From a phage: DNA of 64,000 nt. The notes below the pieces were generated by a model that was given only the letters and a program-made list of their open reading frames with translations, had not been told where the DNA came from and ran no database searches. Both the position numbers and the translations under genes were made by a program. The DNA is taken from NCBI GenBank assembly GCA_013585095.1, contig GCA_013585095.1_3039.1. The stretch is one strand, 5' to 3'. The number at the start of each line of letters is the position of its first letter. The stretch's first letter is position 1. Shown one piece after another: positions 42,837 through 52,236 of the stretch.

Positions 42837-42842
42837 TTTATG

Positions 42843-43346
42843 ATGGATTTACAGCTTATTACTACTGAAATGGTCGTTGAAGCATACGGTGATACTACAG
42901 ATGGGATTTCTGTATTCAAAGGAAATCGTCGAGTTGGATATATCACCGATCTTAAGAAAGATTTAGCTAAGCAAGTCAAGCGGAAAACGACCATTAAAGA
43001 ATATCGAAATCGTCGTCTTGAGCAAGCCCGTGATATGCTTCCTGATGCGGTTGAAGAGATGAAAGTCTTTTTAGAAAATCAACTCGCTAAGTATGATTGC
43101 GAAGTGTTCATTAATCAGACTCAACCTAATGTTCATATCAATAGCTGCAAATGCTATATCATCGTTAATCCTTTGACTGGAAAGCATCGTCTTGGAATTA
43201 GTAATCCAAATCGTAGTGCATCGGATATGGCAGAAGATGTTGAGGCATGCTTTAAAATTTCTAAATCTCCGGCTGAACATCATATTTTAATTAACGGTCT
43301 TTCTCAAGACGATATTATAGAGGTTATTAAAACTTTATGCAATTAA
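42843..43346 (+). CDS. Alc-like protein (by size and position)
   Basis: 167 aa from second ATG (T4 Alc 167 aa); between rnlA and pseT. Confidence 0.45.
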   Translation: MDLQLITTEMVVEAYGDTTDGISVFKGNRRVGYITDLKKDLAKQVKRKTTIKEYRNRRLEQARDMLPDAVEEMKVFLENQLAKYDCEVFINQTQPNVHINSCKCYIIVNPLTGKHRLGISNPNRSASDMAEDVEACFKISKSPAEHHILINGLSQDDIIEVIKTLCN

Positions 43347-43690
43347 GTAATACGACAGCAGGCTTGCTATTAATTGTAATTGCATTGGGCGGAACTTCTT
43401 TAATTTTAAAAAATAAAATTGAAAGATTAGAAACGTCTGTTGTAGAAATTACAAAAACGGCCAATGAAAACGCTTTAGCATTAAATAATTTGCGAATTCA
43501 GTATAATTATATTGATGCGATGAATAATAAAAATCGTGAGGCAATTGCTGCTATTGAGCGTGAAAATGAAAAACTGCGCAAAGACGCAAAGAAGGCGGAT
43601 GTGGTGGCTCATAAGCCAGGATTGGTTGAAAAACAAATCAACAACTCCTTCAACAAGTTCGCAGAAGACATCCAGGACCTTTCTAAATGA
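43337..43690 (+). CDS. membrane-anchored coiled-coil protein
   Basis: N-terminal TM segment TAGLLLIVIALGGTSLIL followed by charged helical region. Confidence 0.45.
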   Translation: MQLSNTTAGLLLIVIALGGTSLILKNKIERLETSVVEITKTANENALALNNLRIQYNYIDAMNNKNREAIAAIERENEKLRKDAKKADVVAHKPGLVEKQINNSFNKFAEDIQDLSK

Positions 43691-43986
43691 TTAGACTATC
43701 AGCAGTAATATTATCTATTGGTCTTCTAGTTGGTTGTTCGACAAAGCCTCTAGAAGTAAAGAAAGAAACAGTTCATCCTAATTGGCCAGTACAAATAAAG
43801 TCATATGATGAAGCTAAACTATCCTGGCAAGTTAAAGTTATTGATGGTAAAGCTTGGGTCGGTATGCCATTCGAAGATTCCCAGGAATTTCGTATTTGGC
43901 TTAATGATGTAAAACGATATGTACATGATCAGAAAACTATGATATGTTATTATCGCCAAGAGTTAAAAGAGGATAAATGCAAATGA
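43687..43986 (+). CDS. putative lipoprotein
   Basis: MIRLSAVILSIGLLVGCSTK signal peptide with lipobox LVGC. Confidence 0.45.
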   Translation: MIRLSAVILSIGLLVGCSTKPLEVKKETVHPNWPVQIKSYDEAKLSWQVKVIDGKAWVGMPFEDSQEFRIWLNDVKRYVHDQKTMICYYRQELKEDKCK

Positions 43987-44207
43987 TTTCATGGCATCAA
44001 TTTGAACATCTCAAAGGATTGATTTATGAATCCGAGATGGCTGCAATGATTTATGGACGCCAGATTCAACGATTAGAATCTTTACCTCCAACTAATGATG
44101 TTTTATTAGCTCAATCACGTGCTAATCTTAAAAATGAATACCAAAATAAGTGGGGTAAAGCATCTAAAGACCTGCATGATTATATTCAATCATTGGTTGA
44201 GAAATAA
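43977..44207 (+). CDS. hypothetical protein
   Basis: 76 aa, ATG start overlapping previous ORF end. Confidence 0.4.
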   Translation: MQMISWHQFEHLKGLIYESEMAAMIYGRQIQRLESLPPTNDVLLAQSRANLKNEYQNKWGKASKDLHDYIQSLVEK

Positions 44208-44210
44208 TAA

Positions 44211-45435
<1,225 letters not shown>

Positions 45436-45436
<1 letters not shown>

Positions 45437-45633
45437 TGGCGTGGCATCATGAAACTTGGTCTATTGTTATTGTAAATAGTGGTTTAGTTGGTACTAGTAA
45501 TGGGCAATTTTGTGTATTCACTAGTGAAATAAGAGCTTGGGAGGAATGCCTTAAATTAAGAGAAAAGAATCCTGATGTTGAACTAACAGTAAAGAAAACT
45601 AAACTGCCTTTACCATGGAAAACTTATGAATAA
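45436..45633 (+). CDS. hypothetical protein
   Basis: 65 aa from ATG overlapping pseT stop, AGGAG RBS. Confidence 0.35.
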
Positions 45634-45826
45634 CATAGAAAAGATTTATCGACTTTGTGATAAAATTGAAAAAGAAAAGAAATATCTATTTTGTTTATGG
45701 CCTATTGTTGATGGAAGAGTAGACTTAGATATTCTTGATTATGAAACAGAAGACATAGTAGATGGTTCAACTTTTGATAATGCGTTGGATGTTATTAATT
45801 GGCTTGAAGAAAATTATGTGAGGTGA
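45626..45826 (+). CDS. hypothetical protein
   Basis: 66 aa ATG start. Confidence 0.4.
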   Translation: MNNIEKIYRLCDKIEKEKKYLFCLWPIVDGRVDLDILDYETEDIVDGSTFDNALDVINWLEENYVR

Positions 45827-45828
45827 AT

Positions 45829-46104
45829 ATGTTTCCGACTTATTCTAAAATCGTAGAAGTAGTGTTTAGTCAAATTATCGCTAATAATATGTTTGAAAAG
45901 CTTGATAACGCAGCCGAGCTTCGAATTCATGCTCAAGTGACTCATGTATTGAACACTTTGCTTCCAGACCAGGTGGATTCTATTGCAATTACGCTGTATC
46001 CAGGTTCCGCGCATATCATTGTTGTATTCGGTCTTGATGCTGAGCTAGTTATCAAAGGCGACATTCGTTTTGAATCACAGACATCAGAATTCAAGGCAAT
46101 TTAA
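45829..46104 (+). CDS. hypothetical protein
   Basis: first ATG; track start is GTG 45823. Confidence 0.4.
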   Translation: MFPTYSKIVEVVFSQIIANNMFEKLDNAAELRIHAQVTHVLNTLLPDQVDSIAITLYPGSAHIIVVFGLDAELVIKGDIRFESQTSEFKAI

Positions 46105-46106
46105 TA

Positions 46107-46136
46107 GTTTACTTTTTGGTAGAGTTGTGATATTAT
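46107..46136 (+). promoter_or_regulatory. T4-type early promoter with -10 inside an inverted repeat
   Basis: gtttactttttGGTAGAGttgtgatattatagCTCTACC. Confidence 0.55.
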
Positions 46137-46166
46137 AGCTCTACCAAAACAAATGAGGAAATTGAA

Positions 46167-46403
46167 ATGCTAAGTGAAAAACCAATTACTGTTAAAGAAT
46201 TCCAAGAAAAAGTTAAGCTATTTGCGCAGGAATTGGTAAATAAGGTTTCTGAACGATTTCCTGAAACATCGGTTCGTGTTATTACCGAAACTCCTCGTTC
46301 AGTATTAGTAATTGTGAATCCAGGTGATGGCGATCAAATATCGCATCTTAAACTGGATTTTGATGGATTAGTTGAAGCACAAAGGGTGTATGGCGTACTA
46401 TGA
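46167..46403 (+). CDS. hypothetical protein
   Basis: 78 aa; GAGGAAA RBS; early promoter upstream. Confidence 0.45.
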   Translation: MLSEKPITVKEFQEKVKLFAQELVNKVSERFPETSVRVITETPRSVLVIVNPGDGDQISHLKLDFDGLVEAQRVYGVL

Positions 46404-46738
46404 TGAATTTAACTGATATAATTGATAATTGTCTTGAAAATGATACTGGCGATCATAGAGCGCTTGATTCTGAAACAACACAGTTCATTAGAATAACTTT
46501 AATGAATGACACTCTAGTGAATAGTATTCATCCTTCTGTGTATGATGCTATTATTGTGACGAAGTGTCCAGTTGAGCTTCACAAAAAGATGGTTGGCGCA
46601 GTTTTTATTGATAAGAAAAACCGCTTTAAAGATGGGCAGAATATAATTAGTTCTGTTATTAAAAGTATAACTAAACTTCGTCACGAAATTTATCGTGTTG
46701 AAACTGCTAAATCTGCTTATCTGGTGATTATGAAATGA
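46400..46738 (+). CDS. hypothetical protein
   Basis: 112 aa, overlapping start/stop. Confidence 0.45.
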   Translation: MMNLTDIIDNCLENDTGDHRALDSETTQFIRITLMNDTLVNSIHPSVYDAIIVTKCPVELHKKMVGAVFIDKKNRFKDGQNIISSVIKSITKLRHEIYRVETAKSAYLVIMK

Positions 46739-47316
46739 AAGCGAGTACAGTACTTCAAATTGCATATTTAGTATCACAAGAATCAAAATGTTGCTCCTGG
46801 AAGGTAGGAGCAGTAATTGAAAAGAATGGACGTATTATTTCTACTGGGTATAATGGTTCACCCGCAGGGGGTGTGAACTGCTGTGATTATGCTGCTGAGC
46901 AAGGTTGGTTGCTAAATAAACCTAAACATACTATCATTCAAGGTCATAAGCCCGAATGTGTATCATTTGGTTCAACTGATCGTTTTGTCTTGGCGAAAGA
47001 ACATCGTAGCGCTCACTCTGAATGGTCGTCTAAAAATGAAATTCATGCTGAACTAAATGCAATTTTGTTTGCTGCACGAAACGGTTCTTCTATTGAAGGT
47101 GCTACTATGTATGTAACACTTTCTCCTTGTCCGGATTGTGCAAAAGCGATAGCTCAATCTGGTATTAAAAAGCTGGTTTATTGCGAAACATACGATAAAA
47201 ATAAACCTGGTTGGGATGATATTCTGCGAAATGCAGGTATTGAAGTGTTTAATGTTCCTAAGAAAAACTTGAATAAGTTAAACTGGGAAAATATCAACGA
47301 ATTCTGTGGTGAATAA
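46735..47316 (+). CDS. cd: dCMP deaminase
   Basis: 193 aa as in T4; zinc motifs HAELNAI and PCPDCAKAI. Confidence 0.9.
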   Translation: MKASTVLQIAYLVSQESKCCSWKVGAVIEKNGRIISTGYNGSPAGGVNCCDYAAEQGWLLNKPKHTIIQGHKPECVSFGSTDRFVLAKEHRSAHSEWSSKNEIHAELNAILFAARNGSSIEGATMYVTLSPCPDCAKAIAQSGIKKLVYCETYDKNKPGWDDILRNAGIEVFNVPKKNLNKLNWENINEFCGE

Positions 47317-47552
47317 TGAAATTTCGTTTGGTACAGCTTACAGCAATTAGTTCTTATTCTAACGAGAACATCTCATTTGCTGTAGAGTATAAGAAATATT
47401 TTTTCTCTAAATGGAAACAGTATTATAAAACTGATTGGACTAGTATTGATAGACCATATAGTTGGAAATCTGATTTAGAAAAATGCCAAAAATTACTTTC
47501 CACCCTTAAAGAACGTGGAACAACTCATATTAAAACTGTGATAGGTAAATAA
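47316..47552 (+). CDS. hypothetical protein
   Basis: 78 aa, ATG overlapping cd stop. Confidence 0.45.
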   Translation: MKFRLVQLTAISSYSNENISFAVEYKKYFFSKWKQYYKTDWTSIDRPYSWKSDLEKCQKLLSTLKERGTTHIKTVIGK

Positions 47553-47861
47553 ATGAAACTGACAACTGAGCAGAAAGTAGCAGTTCGTGAAATTTTGAAA
47601 ACTAAATTGTCCATGGGTGTTTCAAACATAGTTTTTGAAAAGTCTGATGGTACTATTCGTACTATGAAAGGTACTCGTGATGCAGACTTTATGCCAACCA
47701 TGCAAACCGGTAAATTGACTGAATCTACTCGGAAAGAATCTACTGACATGATTCCAGTATTTGATGTTGAGCTTGGCGAGTGGCGAGGTTTTTCTATTGA
47801 CAAATTGATTTCTGTTAATGGTATGAAAGTTGAGCATTTACTCCAATTTATTGGTAAATAA
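47553..47861 (+). CDS. hypothetical protein
   Basis: 102 aa ATG start. Confidence 0.45.
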   Translation: MKLTTEQKVAVREILKTKLSMGVSNIVFEKSDGTIRTMKGTRDADFMPTMQTGKLTESTRKESTDMIPVFDVELGEWRGFSIDKLISVNGMKVEHLLQFIGK

Positions 47862-47917
47862 ATGCTTTAAGAATTATTTGTTATTATTAATTCATCTGTT
47901 AACAAAAAGGAAAAACG

Positions 47918-48253
47918 ATGTCTGAAGTACAACAGCTACCAATTCGTGCTGTCGGTGAATATGTTATTTTAGTTTCTGAACCTGCACAAGCCGGTGATGA
48001 AGAAGTTACAGAATCAGGACTTATTATCGGTAAACGTGTTCAAGGTGAAGTTCCTGAACTGTGTGTAGTTCACTCTGTTGGTCCTGATGTTCCTGAAGGT
48101 TTCTGCGAAGTTGGTGATTTGACTTCTCTTCCAGTTGGTCAAATTCGAAATGTTCCGCATCCTTTTGTAGCTCTGGGTCTTAAGCAGCCAAAAGAAATTA
48201 AACAAAAATTCGTTACTTGTCACTATAAAGCTATTCCGTGTCTTTATAAGTGA
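47918..48253 (+). CDS. 31: gp31 co-chaperonin (GroES-like)
   Basis: 111 aa; matches remembered T4 gp31 ([19 protein letters not shown]...). Confidence 0.9.
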
Positions 48254-48261
48254 TATAAATA
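48254..48261 (+). promoter_or_regulatory. late-promoter-like TATAAATA upstream of rIII
   Basis: exact tataaata right after the gene 31 stop, 140 nt before rIII. Confidence 0.3.
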
Positions 48262-48400
48262 ATAATATGAATTGGGTGTCGGAATAATAAGTTAACCGAA
48301 CAATTCTATGTGGTAGTCTACAACTGAGAGATCTGTCGAAAGAAGATGAAATTCAGAAGAACGTGACTACCGAGTTTTAATCTCTAACGAGAATTTTTAA

Positions 48401-48649
48401 ATGATTAAACAATTACAACACGCTCTTGAACTGCAACGAAACGCATGGAATAATGGTCACGAAAACTATGGCGCATCTATTGATGTTGAAGCCGAAGCTC
48501 TTGAAATCCTGCGTTATTTCAAACATCTGAATCCTGCTCAAACTGCATTAGCTGCTGAGCTTCAGGAAAAAGATGAACTTAAATATGCTAAGCCTCTGGC
48601 TTCTGCTGCACGAAAAGCAGTTCGTCACTTTGTGGTAACACTGAAGTAA
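48401..48649 (+). CDS. rIII: rIII lysis-inhibition accessory protein
   Basis: 82 aa as in T4; position after gene 31. Confidence 0.7.
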   Translation: MIKQLQHALELQRNAWNNGHENYGASIDVEAEALEILRYFKHLNPAQTALAAELQEKDELKYAKPLASAARKAVRHFVVTLK

Positions 48650-48894
48650 TTTATTGGAGATTCACTGCCTTAGTGTGAGCTAAAATCGAGGAGCCGTCGA
48701 ACTGTCTGATTAATGATTTGCGAATCATTATAGTTTTAAGACCCCGGCAGTTTTACGGTGTACCTCTTGAATGTGAATGATGACGGGTTTATGGTTATCC
48801 TGGTCGTTAAATATCCAAAAACCTATGTTCCCCTTGAGGGCTTGCGCAGGCAATGCCAATAAGTCCTGCATTTTCATTTAAAAGAGAATTTATA

Positions 48895-49071
48895 ATGGCA
48901 AAACAAGCTAAAGCAAAGAAAGCAGTTGAAAAGAAAGTTGGTGATTCTAAACGCGCTGGCTACAAGCGTGGGTCGAACTCTCGTATCAATCAAACTGTTG
49001 AGAAGATCATGCGCCGAGCACGTGCGGTTCTTCGAGATGATGCTTCTCGTTTTGGTAAGCAGAAAGCATAA
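48895..49071 (+). CDS. small basic protein (58 aa)
   Basis: ATG after AAAGAGAA; lysine-rich; terminator follows; track start 48853 is upstream extension. Confidence 0.35.
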   Translation: MAKQAKAKKAVEKKVGDSKRAGYKRGSNSRINQTVEKIMRRARAVLRDDASRFGKQKA

Positions 49072-49075
49072 GTTG

Positions 49076-49104
49076 AGGACTCCTTCGGGAGTCCTTTTTT
49101 ATTT
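49076..49104 (+). terminator. intrinsic terminator
   Basis: aggactccTTCGggagtcct + tttttatttt. Confidence 0.7.
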
Positions 49105-49124
49105 TCCAAAGATTGCATAAAGTT

Positions 49125-49157
49125 GTTTACAGTATGGTTCCTTTGTGATAGTATTAT
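49125..49157 (+). promoter_or_regulatory. T4-type early promoter
   Basis: gtttacagtatggttcctttgtgatagtattat. Confidence 0.5.
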
Positions 49158-49181
49158 CTTACACAAACAAAGGAGAATAAA

Positions 49182-49514
49182 ATGAAAACGATTAATCTGA
49201 ACGCTACAGTTAAAACTAAATGCTTCAATGGTAAATATGATGAAACTATGTGGTTCTTAATGGCAGTTGAAGGTGATATTATTGAAGTAGAAACAACAGA
49301 AGGTATGGGAACAGATTTCACCTTTACAATTCAAGTTCATAATTTCTTTACTGGTTGGATTTATGAATTGAATACAGTAATCGTTGGAAAAATTGAACAA
49401 AATGAATTAGGCGAATGGCATTATGTTACAGCTCGCCAACGTGCCGAACGTTTGATTGAGAAGATGAAAAAAGTTGGTAAACTTGACATGCAACATTGGA
49501 AAGTAGTAAAATAA
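49182..49514 (+). CDS. hypothetical protein
   Basis: 110 aa; early promoter and AAGGAG RBS. Confidence 0.45.
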   Translation: MKTINLNATVKTKCFNGKYDETMWFLMAVEGDIIEVETTEGMGTDFTFTIQVHNFFTGWIYELNTVIVGKIEQNELGEWHYVTARQRAERLIEKMKKVGKLDMQHWKVVK

Positions 49515-49516
49515 TT

Positions 49517-49545
49517 GTTTACTTTGGTACAGGATATGATATTAT
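49517..49545 (+). promoter_or_regulatory. T4-type early promoter with -10 inside an inverted repeat
   Basis: gtttactttGGTACAGGatatgatattatataCCTGTACC. Confidence 0.55.
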
Positions 49546-49582
49546 ATACCTGTACCGCAATTAAACATCTCGGAGAATAAAA

Positions 49583-49948
49583 ATGAACTACATCAACTTT
49601 GAACGTAAATATGTTTCTAATGGTATTGCAGGTTCTATTGATACTATTTGCCTCTGGAAACATCAAAATGGTTCAGTATGCGAAATTGAACAGTATATGA
49701 CTCCTAACTACGTTTATATGCGATTTGAAAACGGTATCACAGTTTCAATCACAATGGAAGGTTCCAACTTCAAAATCGCTCTGGATGATGATTTCCGTCA
49801 ACGCGATTTAGGGACTCATCCTTGCTGGAATGGCGTTAATCGCAAGCTTTTGGTTAAAACTTGGATTCGTCATATTCTGAGTAACAGAGCTAAACCTGAG
49901 CATCTTGAAGCAATCTTTGATGTAGTTCTTAATGAATTTGATATTTAA
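49583..49948 (+). CDS. hypothetical protein
   Basis: 121 aa; early promoter and GGAGAA RBS. Confidence 0.45.
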   Translation: MNYINFERKYVSNGIAGSIDTICLWKHQNGSVCEIEQYMTPNYVYMRFENGITVSITMEGSNFKIALDDDFRQRDLGTHPCWNGVNRKLLVKTWIRHILSNRAKPEHLEAIFDVVLNEFDI

Positions 49949-49957
49949 AATAAAATG

Positions 49958-49975
49958 AGGGGCTTTGGCCCCTTA
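49958..49975 (+). other. GC-rich stem-loop without U-tract
   Basis: aggggctttggcccct. Confidence 0.35.
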
Positions 49976-49989
49976 CTGAGGAAAATATT

Positions 49990-50277
49990 ATGTTTATGAC
50001 TACTTATTTTGATACCCGTAAAAACTTCTGCGAAGTAGTTTTCTCAAAGGCGCCTAAAGATCTTCCTGCACATTTGCAACCTACTAGCGAATCGATTAAA
50101 AACTACGTTGATGTGGTTTGTCCTTTAGAGTTTCGTACTGTAAATGGGCGCGATACTTTAGCTATCACTAAACTCAATCGTGAAATTGACATTGACCCTT
50201 CAATTGCGCGCGAAATTAATATCTCTGATATTGGTGGCGGTAATGTTAAATCGCATGGTTTTCAGATGAGGTTCTAA
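49990..50277 (+). CDS. hypothetical protein
   Basis: 95 aa ATG start. Confidence 0.4.
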   Translation: MFMTTYFDTRKNFCEVVFSKAPKDLPAHLQPTSESIKNYVDVVCPLEFRTVNGRDTLAITKLNREIDIDPSIAREINISDIGGGNVKSHGFQMRF

Positions 50278-50474
50278 TGAAATTCTTTTTGGGTCAAACT
50301 GTTGAATTAAAGGGAGTTGGTATACCTGGATTAATTTCTAAGGTTCTACCTCCATTTAAATGGAGTGGTATTCAAATAAAAGAGGCTTATATTGTTTCCT
50401 GGGTAGATGGAAATGAAGACCTTCGTATGGGTGATGAATTATCTCCTATCTATGGATTAAAGGAATTAATATGA
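50277..50474 (+). CDS. hypothetical protein
   Basis: 65 aa ATG overlapping previous stop. Confidence 0.4.
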   Translation: MKFFLGQTVELKGVGIPGLISKVLPPFKWSGIQIKEAYIVSWVDGNEDLRMGDELSPIYGLKELI

Positions 50475-50677
50475 ATATAATTAATAAGATTTTTGGAATT
50501 CAGTACATTAAGGTTACATATAAAGTAACGTATAAAGGTCCGTATACCGATGAACATGAAGAGCCACAAGTTCAGTCTATTATATTAGAAAAGGACCCTA
50601 ACTGGCCAGTTGAATTTCGTCTTCCTTGCTATGGTCATTGGGCTGATGTTGAAATTATAAGTATTGAAAATGTCTGA
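50471..50677 (+). CDS. hypothetical protein
   Basis: 68 aa ATG start. Confidence 0.4.
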   Translation: MNIINKIFGIQYIKVTYKVTYKGPYTDEHEEPQVQSIILEKDPNWPVEFRLPCYGHWADVEIISIENV

Positions 50678-51128
50678 GTTAGAGATAAGAAGCAATTTTA
50701 GATGGCCATCATGTGCATTAAGTAATTTCGCCCAATGGCCTTTTGTTATGGATGGTATCCAATTTGGAGGTCTCGAAGGATTCCTCCAAGGATGCAAGGT
50801 GAAAAATGTTGAACAACAGCGTCGTATATTTGGGTTATCCGGGCTTGCCGCCCAACAAGCTGGAAGGTCTTATGCTAGAGCTCAGGACCGTGGGACCCTC
50901 TTCTGGCTTGGAGTTCCGTTTTCAAGATACTCCCCAGCGTGGAAAGAATTATACACAAATGCATATTTTGAAGCAGCGTTCCAAAACAAGGGCTTTCGCG
51001 ATGCATTACAAGCCTCGAAAGGAAAAGTTTTGAAGCACAGCATGGCTAGTGGTCTAACAAAAGATGATACAATACTAACCGAAGCTGAATTTATTGATGT
51101 GTTAAACCTATTAAGAGACTCTCTATGA
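50670..51128 (+). CDS. NADAR / YbiA-like (DUF1768) domain protein
   Basis: SNFAQWPFVMDGIQFGGLEGFLQGCKV resembles remembered E. coli YbiA FSNFAAWPIKVDGKTWPTSEHYFQAQKF; ATG 50670. Confidence 0.6.
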   Translation: MSELEIRSNFRWPSCALSNFAQWPFVMDGIQFGGLEGFLQGCKVKNVEQQRRIFGLSGLAAQQAGRSYARAQDRGTLFWLGVPFSRYSPAWKELYTNAYFEAAFQNKGFRDALQASKGKVLKHSMASGLTKDDTILTEAEFIDVLNLLRDSL

Positions 51129-51967
51129 AGCCTACTATTTTGACTGATATTGACGGGGTGTGTTTAAGCTGGCAATCAGGCCTTCCTTATTTTGCCCAAA
51201 AATATAATCTTCCGTTGGAACATATTTTAAAAATGATTCAGGACGAAAAATTTATTTCTCCTGGTAAGCTCTTTAATTGCGATGAAGAACTTGGTGTTAA
51301 ATTAATCGAAAAGTATAATCGTTCAGATTTTATTCGCTATTTGTCTCCATATAAAGATGCCCTGTGTGTAATTAACAAATTAAAAGAAGATTATAATTTT
51401 GTAGCTGTTACAGCATTGGGTGATTCTATTGATGCTTTGCTGAATCGTCAATTTAATTTGAACGCTCTTTTTCCTGGTGCCTTCTCAGAAGTACTGATGT
51501 GTGGTCATGATTCTTCAAAAGAAGAGTTATTCAAAAAGGCAAAAGAGAAATATAACGTAATTTGTTATATTGACGATCTCGCTCACCACTGCGATCACGC
51601 GAGTGAAATATTAAATGTTCCTGTTTATTGGATGGCTCGAGGGGAGCGTGACAGTATTCCAAAAACCGCTCAGCGAGTTTATACATGGAATGATGTAGAG
51701 AATAAGCTTTTTCCATCGAAGGAAAATAAAGAAAGTTTTGATAGTGAAAAAGCTATAAAAGATGTAATTGAAAAGATGATTAAAAACGATTCTTTTCGTT
51801 GGAATACTACCTGGAGAACTCCTGGATTAAATCCATACCATCCATATTATACACATCCATATCATGTGCATCCATTTCATACATGGAACTATATTAAACC
51901 TGGTGGCATAGAGTATTTGTATAATAGACCTACTAGTGGTGATAATATTTTCCAAGGAGCATTCTAA
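51125..51967 (+). CDS. HAD-superfamily phosphatase-like protein with His/Pro/Tyr-rich C-terminus
   Basis: N-terminal ILTDIDGVCL (HAD motif I DxDxV); later CYIDDLAHH; C-terminal PYHPYYTHPYHVHPFHTW. Confidence 0.55.
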   Translation: MKPTILTDIDGVCLSWQSGLPYFAQKYNLPLEHILKMIQDEKFISPGKLFNCDEELGVKLIEKYNRSDFIRYLSPYKDALCVINKLKEDYNFVAVTALGDSIDALLNRQFNLNALFPGAFSEVLMCGHDSSKEELFKKAKEKYNVICYIDDLAHHCDHASEILNVPVYWMARGERDSIPKTAQRVYTWNDVENKLFPSKENKESFDSEKAIKDVIEKMIKNDSFRWNTTWRTPGLNPYHPYYTHPYHVHPFHTWNYIKPGGIEYLYNRPTSGDNIFQGAF

Positions 51968-52236
51968 TGTTTGTCGTTCACACTATTTATGAAAATGAAG
52001 GTAATACTACACGTGATTACGGTCACGTAAATCAATTTTTTAGATGCAATCCAGAATTCCGATCTCAAAAAGACGAACGAATTTTTAAAAAATGCGTAGA
52101 GCAAGGTTTCATTTACGTCAAGCACTGGATGCAAGGAAATAAAGTTAGAACCACGTACCACAGGTCTTTGACTGAGCTTAATGATGAATTGATTTATAAT
52201 AGAGCTGTAAACCAAACTCTAAAGGATGAACAATGA
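51967..52236 (+). CDS. hypothetical protein
   Basis: 89 aa ATG overlapping stop. Confidence 0.4.
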   Translation: MFVVHTIYENEGNTTRDYGHVNQFFRCNPEFRSQKDERIFKKCVEQGFIYVKHWMQGNKVRTTYHRSLTELNDELIYNRAVNQTLKDEQ

